DNA of 57,479 bases, from contig NC_068982.1 of assembly GCF_001194135.2 (NCBI RefSeq), positions 114,865,371 through 114,922,849 of the forward strand, written 5' to 3'. Made by a program: the position numbers and the translations under genes. This DNA comes from Octopus bimaculoides (Eukaryota). This document shows positions 11,088-22,500 of the stretch, piece after piece (the first letter of the stretch is position 1; every line of letters starts with the position of its first letter). The notes below the pieces were generated by a model that worked only from the letters and a program-made list of their open reading frames with translations, searched no databases and was not told the DNA's origin.

Positions 11088-11656
11088 GAATAACTTAGGG
11101 ATTTCTTTTTTTTTTAAAGAAGACTAACAGAAAAAGATGTTTTATATGACACATTCTACCAGTGTTCCAAGTTTCAAAGTGTTTCGTTAATGAAAAATGT
11201 GGCCCCCGTTTTAAAAAAGATCCAAAGCTTGTACAATCCATTTTTTCCAGTAAAATTTATAAATTATCATCCATGTTAAGTTAAAAAAGAAAAAAAAGAA
11301 AAAAGAGGAGCCACTGATCTACAATAACGATAAATAAATCTTTACGTTTATGAATTTGTTTTGAAAGATTCCGGATGTGAAATTGAGTGTTGAAACACGT
11401 TGTTATATTTTGGGATAATGATTTTATTTTCCTTGCCACGAAAATATAATGCGCTTGTTTACTGGGCAAGAAAATGAAAATGACTATACCCAAATATAAG
11501 AAAAATAAGTCTTCGCAGTAAATGGGTTAACTTTCGGGAATGCAAGATGATTTAAAAAAAAGTCTTGGGTATTTGTAACCGAAACGAATATTTAAATACT
11601 TAAATATCATTAGTTTGATATATATATATAAAATTTTATATATATATATATATATA

Positions 11657-11819
11657 TAAGGAGCGGGTTACACCGGAGTAAGCACATAAATGTGAAACAA
11701 GGTGGAAAAAAGAGTACTCAAATACCAGAGGTAGAGTAATATGCTTTATTTAAAAGCACCAGAAATATAACAAAAAGCTGTTACTCAGAGTTTCACGTTC
11801 CCGTTCATCGGTCAGTTTT
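11657..11819 (-). mobile_element. Penelope-like pLTR/3' fragment between (TA)n tracts, carrying a hammerhead-like motif
   Basis: Minus strand CCGATGA-ACGGGAACGT-GAAACTCTGAGTA followed by AATAAAGC. PLE assignment rests on the known association of minimal hammerheads with Penelope-like elements. Confidence 0.5.
11772..11819 (-). ncRNA. Minimal type I hammerhead ribozyme-like motif (variant core)
   Basis: Core CCGAUGA/GAAA/GUA. Stem II ACG-GGAA-CGU, stem III ACUC/GAGU with a 1-nt loop, imperfect stem I. Confidence 0.45.
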
Positions 11820-11837
11820 GAAATGATTTAACCGAAA

Positions 11838-11887
<50 letters not shown>

Positions 11888-12517
11888 TTTCGGTTAAATC
11901 ATTTCAAATTTACTTTTGCAACTTCTTATGAATATTTCCAGTTTTATTGTTGTTGTGGTTGTTTAGGGTTTAATTTATTTTCTGGCAATCTTTCCTATTA
12001 AGATTGTTTGCGATACAACCAATTTGTAACGTGTTTAAAGAAGTAAGGGAGTATAATTATTTTACTTGTAGGCCTTTCGAAATTACTTTAACAACCTGGT
12101 CATTAAAGTTAAACAAAAGTGTTGCTATTACAGTTAATTTTTTTAATAAATAAAATACTAAAGAGTTATTAAACATTATTTAGTGACTTTAAAGCATTTA
12201 CATATTCGTTCCGCTTAATTGAGATACCACAGTCTATTTTTGTATTTTCCTACATTGTTTTGGTTTCATTATTAGTCTCGCAGATATATGTACCTAAAAT
12301 CAAAGATCACCAAATAGGCAAAATATTTGTAACGTGAAATTAGAAAAATGAATTTTTTGTTTTTTTTTTCTTAAATAATTCGAAAGAATTTATTTACAGC
12401 AATTACAACTAGCACTACTACTATGACAACAAAAGTGTGTCGTGAACTTTGGACGTATCTGTTTGTATAACGTTGACTACTGTCGGTGTCTGATTTATTC
12501 GACAGTTTATCTCTATT

Positions 12518-12544
12518 ATGATGGCAGCTAATATTATTACTAAG
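12518..12544 (+). CDS. ACADM: ACADM exon 1 (MMAANIITK), start of mitochondrial targeting peptide
   Basis: ATGATG...AAG|GTAAGC with a strong donor. Phase 0, like human exon 1. Joins in frame to exon 2, giving an Arg-rich N-terminus with no acidic residues. Assigned by fit rather than by strong homology. Confidence 0.72.
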
Positions 12545-15500
12545 GTAAGCTAATACTTATATTCAAATATAACGTTTTTTTTAACCACTTTTGTTCTACG
12601 AATATTACATTAACTTTATTATTGTTGATCAAACACGTAAACACCAGTCAAATAGAGACCTTCATATGGTCACTCGACTCGCTAAAAATAACAGCCAAAT
12701 CACCGTCAAGTCACATCCCCTCGTCAAATATACGAAGGCCACATTAGATAGTGTAGTCTTAAAGAATACTCCTTTGATCATATCCCTACTCGATCAGGGC
12801 TAAAGAACTCATCAAATTCATTGAGAACGTTCACTCACATGGTAAGGTCAAAAAATGTGCCACCAGTCATATGCTGATTTCTGCCTCCACCACCGACTTT
12901 GGATGATCATAACTTTCAGAAAAATGAATATTTTTTAATGAAATTTTCTACGAATATGTGTTATATCATGTAGATTCCGAATATACAACACTTTTGGGGG
13001 AAAATGTTTTAGGAGGTGTTGAGGTGGGGAATTTCGGAAAATTCACTGGCGTCCACTTCAGTTCGTCTTAACTTTCAAGAAAATGGATATTTTTTAATGA
13101 AATTCCCTACAAATATACCTCGGACTATGTAGATTCTGAGAACATAGGGATTTGGGGGGAAAACAATTGGGGGTTATTTTTGAGGACCGTTCCCCACTCG
13201 GTGGTGTTTCGGAACAAATCCATATTTGTTTCATTTTCTCCGTTTTGTGCGTTTGTGCACCCGTAGATTTCCACTGAAGCAATTAACCGGAATGAAATCA
13301 AATGAAGCCCTCACCAGAAAACTCGTTATGCTAAATATAACAGCTACAGGTCTGGTACACAGAAATATGTTATCAAGACGACTTATCTGTTGCATACGAT
13401 CTTTTTTTTTCACTTTAAGTAAATTCCCAGGTAAACGTTTCTAATAGAAAGGCAGAAGACACCAGGAACAAAAATAAATAATATACACGCACAGTTAAAT
13501 ATAGAAGTGTAAAGTATAATTTGTGGAAAGACTTCGGCCCCCACTCCACACCACCCCAGAACATCTACATAGTCCGAGGTATATTTGTAGAGAATTTTGT
13601 TAAAAAAATATCCATTTTCCTAAAACACTTTTCCCCACAAGTTTTGTATATTCGGAATCTACATGATATAACACATATTCGTAAACAATTTCTTTAAAAT
13701 ATATCCATTTTTCTGAAAGTTATGATCATCCAAAGTTGGGGTGTGGCAGGAATCTGGGTCAAACTAAAATGTTTGACGAAGTGATTGACCCGAGCAAAAA
13801 AAGAAAATATAGTGCAATAGTTGCACAACAACACGTAGTAAACAAATATGAAAAATAAGAAATGTGCGCTGGCGAACTGGGGAGAGGACTCGGAAAATTC
13901 ACTTGCCCAAGGTGCCATGCAGTGGGACTGNNNNNNNNNNAGGTGCTACACAGTGGGACTGAACCCGGAACCATGTGGTTGGTAAGCAAGTTTTTCCCTC
14001 ATAACTTTTAGGATAATGGGGTTTTTTCAATGAAATTTTATAGAAATACCATTATAGGAAAGTTGGTTATACATCATTAGATGTATACCTGACTTTCCTA
14101 TATAAAATTAAAGAAATATAACGGAACGCTGAACTCCAGACTATCAACTTAAACAACATTTATTCAGGTGGTAAATATATACATCTTTAGCTCTTGTTGT
14201 TACAGCTTCTATGTGTGTGAGCATAGTTGTTGGGACGTTGTTATGTAGATGTGAGCGAGCTGTCGAGTGTAAGTCCGAAAGATGGAAAGTGACAGCTATA
14301 CACGTAAAGAGACTGTCTCCAGGTTGGAATGTCAGGGACACTACTTGACACGTCCATGCTCTATTGCTGGCCAGCAAGAAAGAGAATGAATTGAGCGGGA
14401 ACGCTTGCTTGTTTAATTCCACGCATGCGTGAGACTAAGCATGCGCACAGCGTTACTACACCATTTAAACGGCATGCATTACAATTATAAAGAAATTTGT
14501 GAGGAAAATCTTTTCCAATGGGTTGAGGAGAGAACTTTGGAAGATTCACAAAATCCAAGTTTTTTCCTCATAACTCTTAGGAAAGTGGGGTTTTTTCAAT
14601 GAAATTTTATAAAAATACCTTTCAAATGGCATACATTACGATTATAAAGTAATTCGTGGGGAAAATCTTTTCCAAAGGATGGGGAGAGGACTTCGTAAAA
14701 TTCACAAGATCCAAGTTTTTCCCCCAATGGTAGAGCCGTTGGAAGAGGCAACAGGATATCTTACACTGCTAAGTTTGAAAGTTTGGCATGTTGTTGTTGT
14801 TGTTGTTGTTATTGTTGTTGTTGTTGTCACCATCACTGTTATTGCTACTAGAACATTAATAACTTGTATAAAATGAACTTCTACATAGAACCTTCCAATA
14901 TATACAGAAATGACACATACACACTCAACAAAACTTCCTTTCTAAAAAACACTTACAGCTTTCTAGATACGGCTAATAGAGCTGATACCACAAACAACGT
15001 ATGTGGTGGAATGTTTGCTTATAAAAACTTGTATATGCACACATAAGAGTAAGGGGACATCCGAGTAAGGCTGTGCACACGAACCCACACATATAGATGT
15101 GCATTGGAGTGCCTATAGCGACCTATCTATAATGTTTGTAGGCTTTTTGGGTGCCTTGTATTTTTAAGGGTTTTTTGACATATANNNNNNNNNNNNNNNN
15201 NNNNNNNNNNNNNNNNNNNNNNNNNNNNNNNNNNNNNNNNNNNNNNNNNNNNNNNNNNNNNNNNNNNNNNNNNNNNNNNNNNNNNNNNNNNNNNNNNNNN
15301 NNNNNNNNNNNNNNNNNNNNNNNNNNNNNNNNNNNNNNNNNNNNNNNNNNNNNNNNNNNNNNNNNNNNNNNNNNNNNNNNNNNNNNNNNNNNNNNNNNNN
15401 NNNNNNNNNNNNNNNNNNNNNNNNNNNNNNNNNNNNNNNNNNNNNNNNNNNNNNNNNNNNNNNNNNNNNNNNNNNNNNNNNNNNNNNNNNNNNNNNNNNN

Positions 15501-15979
15501 NNNNNNNNNNNNNNNNNNNNNNNNNNNNNNNNNNNNNNNNNNNNNNNNNNNNNNNNNNNNNNNNNNNNNNNNNNNNNNNNNNNNNNNNNNNNNNNNNNNN
15601 NNNNNNNNNNNNNNNNNNNNNNNNNNNNNNNNNNNNNNNNNNNNNNNNNNNNNNNNNNNNNNNNNNNNNNNNNNNNNNNNNNNNNNNNNNNNNNNNNNNN
15701 NNNNTCTTTTTCTTTTCATCCTTTTTTTGTCACTTTTGCTATGAATTAAATTAATGAATTCAACGGGATACACCGTCTGCAAGTAGTTGGGTTCAGCATA
15801 TTATCCTCCATTTTCTAATTGTTACACAAATTTTGGGTAAAACCTCCACTTTTACCCGCTCCCATTGATTGCACCTAGTATAGCACTAGTGTAGCAATAA
15901 TTGGGTACCCTCCAAGCAGTATACTGGATAGATACTATCCCTTAGTGGGTTGAACCCCCAACCCCTAACTCTCTCACGT

Positions 15980-16014
<35 letters not shown>

Positions 16015-17863
16015 ATATGTGTATATATATGTATGTATATAATATATGTATATATATATATATTTCTTTATATATATATAGATAGATGGAGAGAGAGAGA
16101 GAAAGTAATGAGTGAATGAGAATACTGACGAAGGGTTAAAAAAGTGTAAAAATAACTGAAAATGAAATAAAATTGATGTCAAAACATTAAAAATTATTGA
16201 AAGTGGGTAGAAATAAACACTACGTAGTGTATTAGTACTATGCTAGGGTATCTGTAGAAAGCTGAATGTGATTTCTGAATATAACGAGGCAAAATTCGGA
16301 TCTTGGGAATTTTCCAAAAGTCCTCTCCCCACCTCAAAATTTTCCCTACAAATTACTTTATAGTCATAATGTATACCATTTCAAACGTAATTATATAAAA
16401 TTTCATTGAAAAAAAAAAACCCCATTTCCCTAAAAGTTACTAGGGAAAAACTTGGATTTTGTGAATTTTCCAAAGTCCTTTCNNNNNNNNNNNNNNNNNN
16501 NNNNNNNNNNNNNNNNNNNNNNNNNNNNNNNNNNNNNNNNNNNNNNNNNNNNNNNNNNNNNNNNNNNNNNNNNNNNNNNNNNNNNNNNNNNNNNNNNNNN
16601 NNNNNNNNNNNNNNNNNNNNNNNNNNNNNNNNNNNNNNNNNNNNNNNNNNNNNNNNNNNNNNNNNNNNNNNNNNNNNNNNNNNNNNNNNNNNNNNNNNNN
16701 NNNNNNNNNNNNNNNNNNNNNNNNNNNNNNNNNNNNNNNNNNNNNNNNNNNNNNNNNNNNNNNNNNNNNNNNNNNNNNNNNNNNNNNNNNNNNNNNNNNN
16801 NNNNNNNNNNNNNNNNNNNNNNNNNNNNNNNNNNNNNNNNNNNNNNNNNNNNNNNNNNNNNNNNNNNNNNNNNNNNNNNNNNNNNNNNNNNNNNNNNNNN
16901 NNNNNNNNNNNNNNNNNNNNNNNNNNNNNNNNNNNNNNNNNNNNNNNNNNNNNNNNNNNNNNNNNNNNNNNNNNNNNNNNNNNNNNNNNNNNNNNNNNNN
17001 NNNNNNNCAAACACTTGACTTGCTAGTAAACACTTGACTTCCTATGTAAACACTTGAATTGCTAGAAACAGCACCCCCACCCACCCACCACCAAATTCTT
17101 CAATTATCACTTTTTTCAGAAATTTTTTTTGCGAAATATGTAGAAAAATACGAAGATAATCTCTATATTTCACAAAAAAAAAAATTCTGAAAAAAGTGAA
17201 AATTGAAGAATTGGGGGCAGAATTAAAATTTTAAAATGCTGTTTTTTGTTTGCAGAATCAGAATCTCTATACTCAAAAATGGGGGATTCTGTAAAAAAAA
17301 CAAGAAAATGAAAGGGGGTGCAGTCCACATTCTTTATGCCCGACTGATAGCTCTATTCAATCGGGACTGACCAATTACAACTATTTTTCCCTCATCCATT
17401 GTATGTTGTAACTTCTACAGATTATTTCCAATGTTAGTTTTAGTGGCATAATTTCACCTGTGCCATAAAGAATTTTTATTTAATTTAGTTTTGTTTTCAT
17501 GCACTGTTGAAGACATTCGCTTTGAAGTCATTGAGATAGTGTAGCACGCACGTGCACACACACCATTGACCTTCATGTTCATGAGTTGAATAGTTCAGCT
17601 TTGTGTATTTGTATTCATGCCCACTTGCACAATGTATGTATGTACGTACATGTATATGAAACAATGGGTGTGAGTGTGTGCAGCTTTATGTATTTGTATT
17701 CACTCACAAACACACATTTTGTGAGTGTGTGTTGCACAATTCAACTCATGAACATAAATTTTGGTTGTGTCTGCGCATCTTACCAGGTCTTTTATTTGTT
17801 ACCTACCTCACAGATTTCGAAGTAAATGTTGCCTTCAACAAAATATGAAAAATAAGTTGAGTA

Positions 17864-17897
<34 letters not shown>

Positions 17898-19542
17898 CAC
17901 AAGCATGTTCAGCTTTATATATTTTCTGTTTTGGCAATGAATCAGTCACAGGCAAAATGATGCCGTTTTAGTTACCTGCAAAACGAAATTATGCCATCTA
18001 TAATTTGTTTTAAAATATTTACCTTTCTTTCTTTCTTTCTTTCTGTCTTTCTTTCTTTCTTTTTTTCTTTGAAATTGGCTGTGTTTGACATGGGAGAAGT
18101 CCATGGTATGCCACATGTTATGGCAGTGCTTTTACAGATACATCAGGCCGCCATCTATCTTTCTGTCTATCTCTCTCTTTCTCTCCTCAAGGCCCCGGTC
18201 AGAAGCAGGATACTCATGTACAGTTTACAGTGAGCGCCCAGAAAATGGTCAATGAAACACAAAAGCCATGGTCTGCAAAACAGAGGTGGTATTGTCCAAC
18301 AATGCTAGAGTGACACATATACAAAAATATGTTGGATTAAAGATATTCTCTTTTAGAATATGAGAGAGGTGCAATGTTACAATGTTAACTAGCTATATAA
18401 AGTAATTAAAAGAGGGAACAAAATTGTACAAAATCAATTGGAAATTGCTTGAACAACATGGACCATATATGAATAGAAGTAGGAGTTGCAAGCTTTACTT
18501 GGCAGAATAGAGAATTGTTCTAAAAAATTCATGCAATTCTGTTGCTTTCTTAAACTCAAAAAGTGAAATATGTGGACACTAATTCATTTTGGCAATGTGT
18601 TCATCCTTACTTTTAGACTAGAGAATGAGATACATGTACACACATACATGACACAATTACATTATGACTGTTATCAATCTATGGGAAGTAACTCTTCTTT
18701 CTTTCCCTGAAAATGTTATAATTTTTAACTATTTTTCATTACATTACATTCCAATTCTTTTTACTAGCACCAAGCCACCCAAGATCTATATATACCACCA
18801 GCATAAAAGAGGCTATGTATTCCCAGCCACAATGTCTGAATGGTCACTAATATTACCAAGCGCACTAGGGCAATAGTTAGAGTGAAAGCGAAACTTATGG
18901 TAATTATATGCCATAACAGTAATGTACTGCTTGACAATATATATGTGTGTATATATATATATATATATAATTTTTGAAGATAGGCAACAAAAATTCAATG
19001 GAGAAGAGATGTTAAAAGTTTATCAAATTTTTAATCCATGCATACGATCGTTTCAAATGATAACAGCAACATGTAAGAAACATGGAAACAATTAAATTTG
19101 TTATAATTTAATTAAATTAATTTAATAACGTATTACCATTCTCCTCAGTGCAAAAAAAAAAAAATGGAGAAAAACATCAGGAAAGGTAGTAACAGAAGAA
19201 TATTACAGGAGAACACATTGAGTCTGTGTCGCATAACTTGGTAGGATATTTATAAATTGATTGCGAAAGAAGAAATACAAAAACATGTTTATGTAGTGTT
19301 GAGTCTAGTTGTGTAAGGACTAAGACACTGAAGCGAATGGTAATACGTTATTAAATCAATTCAATTAAATTATAATTAATTTAATTTTTTCCATGTTTCT
19401 TACAAGTTGGTGTTATCATTTGAAACGATCGTATGCATGGATTAAAAATTTGATAAACTTTTAACATCTCTTCTCCATTTTTGATTGTTAGTTGAGTTTA
19501 TATTGGATTATATCCTATAAATGTTCATAACACCTTATACTT

Positions 19543-19579
<37 letters not shown>

Positions 19580-22500
19580 TATACTACATATGTGGGAAAT
19601 TCTGTCTGTAGGTGTGTTTGTGGAGTTGTTAGCTAACTCCTCCTGCATCGTTTTATCGATTTTGATGAAACTTGACATATGACTAGAGCTCATGTCTGGA
19701 AACCTCATGGCATATTCAGATTGTTGAAAACATCGATAATAGGGCNNNNNNNNNNNNNNNNNNNNNNNNNNNNNNNNNNNNNNNNNNNNNNNNNNNNNNN
19801 NNNNNNNNNNNNNNNNNNNNNNNNNNNNNNNNNNNNNNNNNNNNNNNNNNNNNNNNNNNNNNNNNNNNNNNNNNNNNNNNNNNNNNNNNNNNNNNNNNNN
19901 NNNAAGGGAAATAACCCATTAATTTTCTTAAATTATTTGGTAAAAATGAAAATGAGTATGCTTATTTCTTAGTATTTGAACTTTAAGAGTTATTTTTGCA
20001 ATTTATCCAGTACAACCCTTAAACAAGTAAATAGTATTTTCCTAAACAATAGATCCACTTATTTCGATTAGTGACTTATTCACGAATATACCAACACTAG
20101 CGCCCCTGAGGGTAATATTCTCTTGGAACGCACAAAAGCCCTTTTCAGAGTTATTTAATTTGATTTGTTATTATCTCGTATCTGATTAGCCTGTTATTGC
20201 ATAACATGCTTCATGATTTTAGTATATATACCTTATTAGTATTTCCTCTTATGTTCTATATACTCTGGGAACGCATTAAAGCCCTTTTCGGGACTACTTT
20301 ATTTGAATTCTTACTATTGGGTAACTAATTTAATGTTATTACATAACTGACTTCACAATTTGGGTATTCATAACTTATTGGGAATTCCTAAAAACAAGAT
20401 CCTGTGTAAGACAGTTCAGTATTCTCTGTAAATCACAAAAACCGTTTTAAGGGCTACATACATTGTGTTGTTGTTATTGGATTAGCGAAACAATTATGAG
20501 AACGGAACCAAGGGATAAGCCCCACTTTCCCGGGAATTACCGGGTATGTCTGCTAGTAATTAATGAGGGAAATAGAAAATGGAGTTCAAAGAATCCTTAT
20601 TCATCACAACGATCATTTCAGTCCTTTGTGGGTGGGATACTGTACAACTGGTTGTGTTGCATTCTCTGATGCAGATGAGATGCATCTCATCAGGTGTTTT
20701 AAAGAAGACACCTTGCGAACTATACTCGGTTTCACTCAGCATGTTGTTGCCAGTAGGTTGTTGGCTCTAATGACAAGAGACTGACACAAGATAAGTCAAA
20801 ACGATTGTTGTGATGAATAAAGACTCTTGTGAACTCCATTTCATGTTTCCCTCACTCATTATAAACTGAATGAACAGTGTAGAATTCCTGAGGTAGACCC
20901 AGTGACACTTATATCAAAACTGTAAAAGTGATTTAATTAGCATACTACTAATCATATACCCAAAGTCCAAATAATTTTCCTATTTTGCTAACCAGGCTCT
21001 ATTCTCATATTCTTGTTACTTGTGAGTATACCCTAGCACTCCACCATCTCTCTTCTACTCTCTCTTACACTTTTGTTGTTTCCTACTCTCTCTCCTCTTG
21101 TTTTTCCTCTGACTAGGTAACCAAGTATCACCTTTACATCAGCACACTTGTTTCTGATCTCTTTCTGTACCTCTCTCTCCCTCTCTCTTTCTCTCTCTCC
21201 CTCTCTCTTTCTCTCTCTCACTGGGTAACCATGTACCTCCTCTATAGCAAGACACCTATTTCTGCCTCTCTATTTCTCTGTTACACTCTAACCTTTCATC
21301 ATTTGATACTGGATCATCTCCTCTAATGCATCCTCTGTTGTGGCAAGACACCTGCTTCTGTCTCTCTATCTCTTTGTCACACTCTAACTTTCATCCTCTG
21401 ACACAAATGCCTTGCCCCTCTCATAATTCCTTGTCTTGTGAGTTACTTGGTTATCCTGCCAGTGCTGGTTCACATGTTAAAAGCATCCAGTCCACACTGT
21501 AATGTGGTTGGCGTCCGGAAAGGCACCCACCTGTAAAAATCTTGCCAAAACTAACTTTGCCTGTGCTAGTGCCACGTAAAAAGCACCGAATCCACTCTGT
21601 AGAGTGGTTGGTGTTAGAAATGGCATCCAACCATAAAATCCCTGCCAAAACAGACACAGTAGCCTTAGATAGATTTTCTACCTGGCCAGCTTCTGTCGTC
21701 CATCCTACCCATGCATGCATGGAAGATGGACGTTAAATGATGACAATGATATATATATATTCAATTAAATTTTATGTGTGTGTGTGTGTGTGTGCAAGTG
21801 TGTGTGTGTGTGATTGTACATGGAAAAACCTGTTGGATGTCACTAAATAACTGAGAAAAATGGGGTCAAAGTCAATATTGGATGTTTTACATACTAGTTG
21901 TAGCAAATGTCTGTAACTTGAATTTCAGAAATCCTACCCATATTATGAATGAGAAAAGGCTAAAGTTGTGAAAAGTTTTTAGTTCTCAGATGTGTCTCAA
22001 TTTCAAACACTATTTTCTCAAAAAGGCCATTTTCTGGGTTGTGTCTGCTTTTCTGAGGAAAATGGCATTTCTTGGTCAAATATTAAGACATTTCAAATTC
22101 AGGGAGCTACTACCATGTGTATGAACTGCAATATCACATGGTAGTGACATGTGGGCACTGAGTGCAAAGATTAAAAAGAAATGAAGCTTGCATGCTCAAT
22201 TGAAAATGTAACTTAGTGTGCATAAACAACAAAGTGCAAATGTATTGAAGGCGTATCAGTTGTAGTATGCAAGAGATGAGACTGCACTTGTATGGCCATG
22301 TAATGTGTATGGATATAGACAGCTGTATAAAGAAGTACTGATTGTTGAAGGTAGATGGAACTTTTGTAAGAAAAAGACCCAGGAAGACATGGGACAAAGT
22401 AATAAAGGCTGATTTCAGAACTTTGATTCTCACAGAGTAGATAACAAAGGACTGAGATGACTGATATGTGATGCTCAAGACCTATCCATCTTGGCAACAT

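Noticed and set aside
12479-12508. ACTGTCG...CGACAGT hairpin just before the ACADM ATG as an iron-responsive element
   Set aside because: There is no CAGUGN loop or bulged C; a 7-bp stem is expected by chance.
13905-13990. Apparent tandem duplication of a SINE segment around a 10-N gap
   Set aside because: A 10-N placeholder with overlapping flanks is a typical contig-join artefact.
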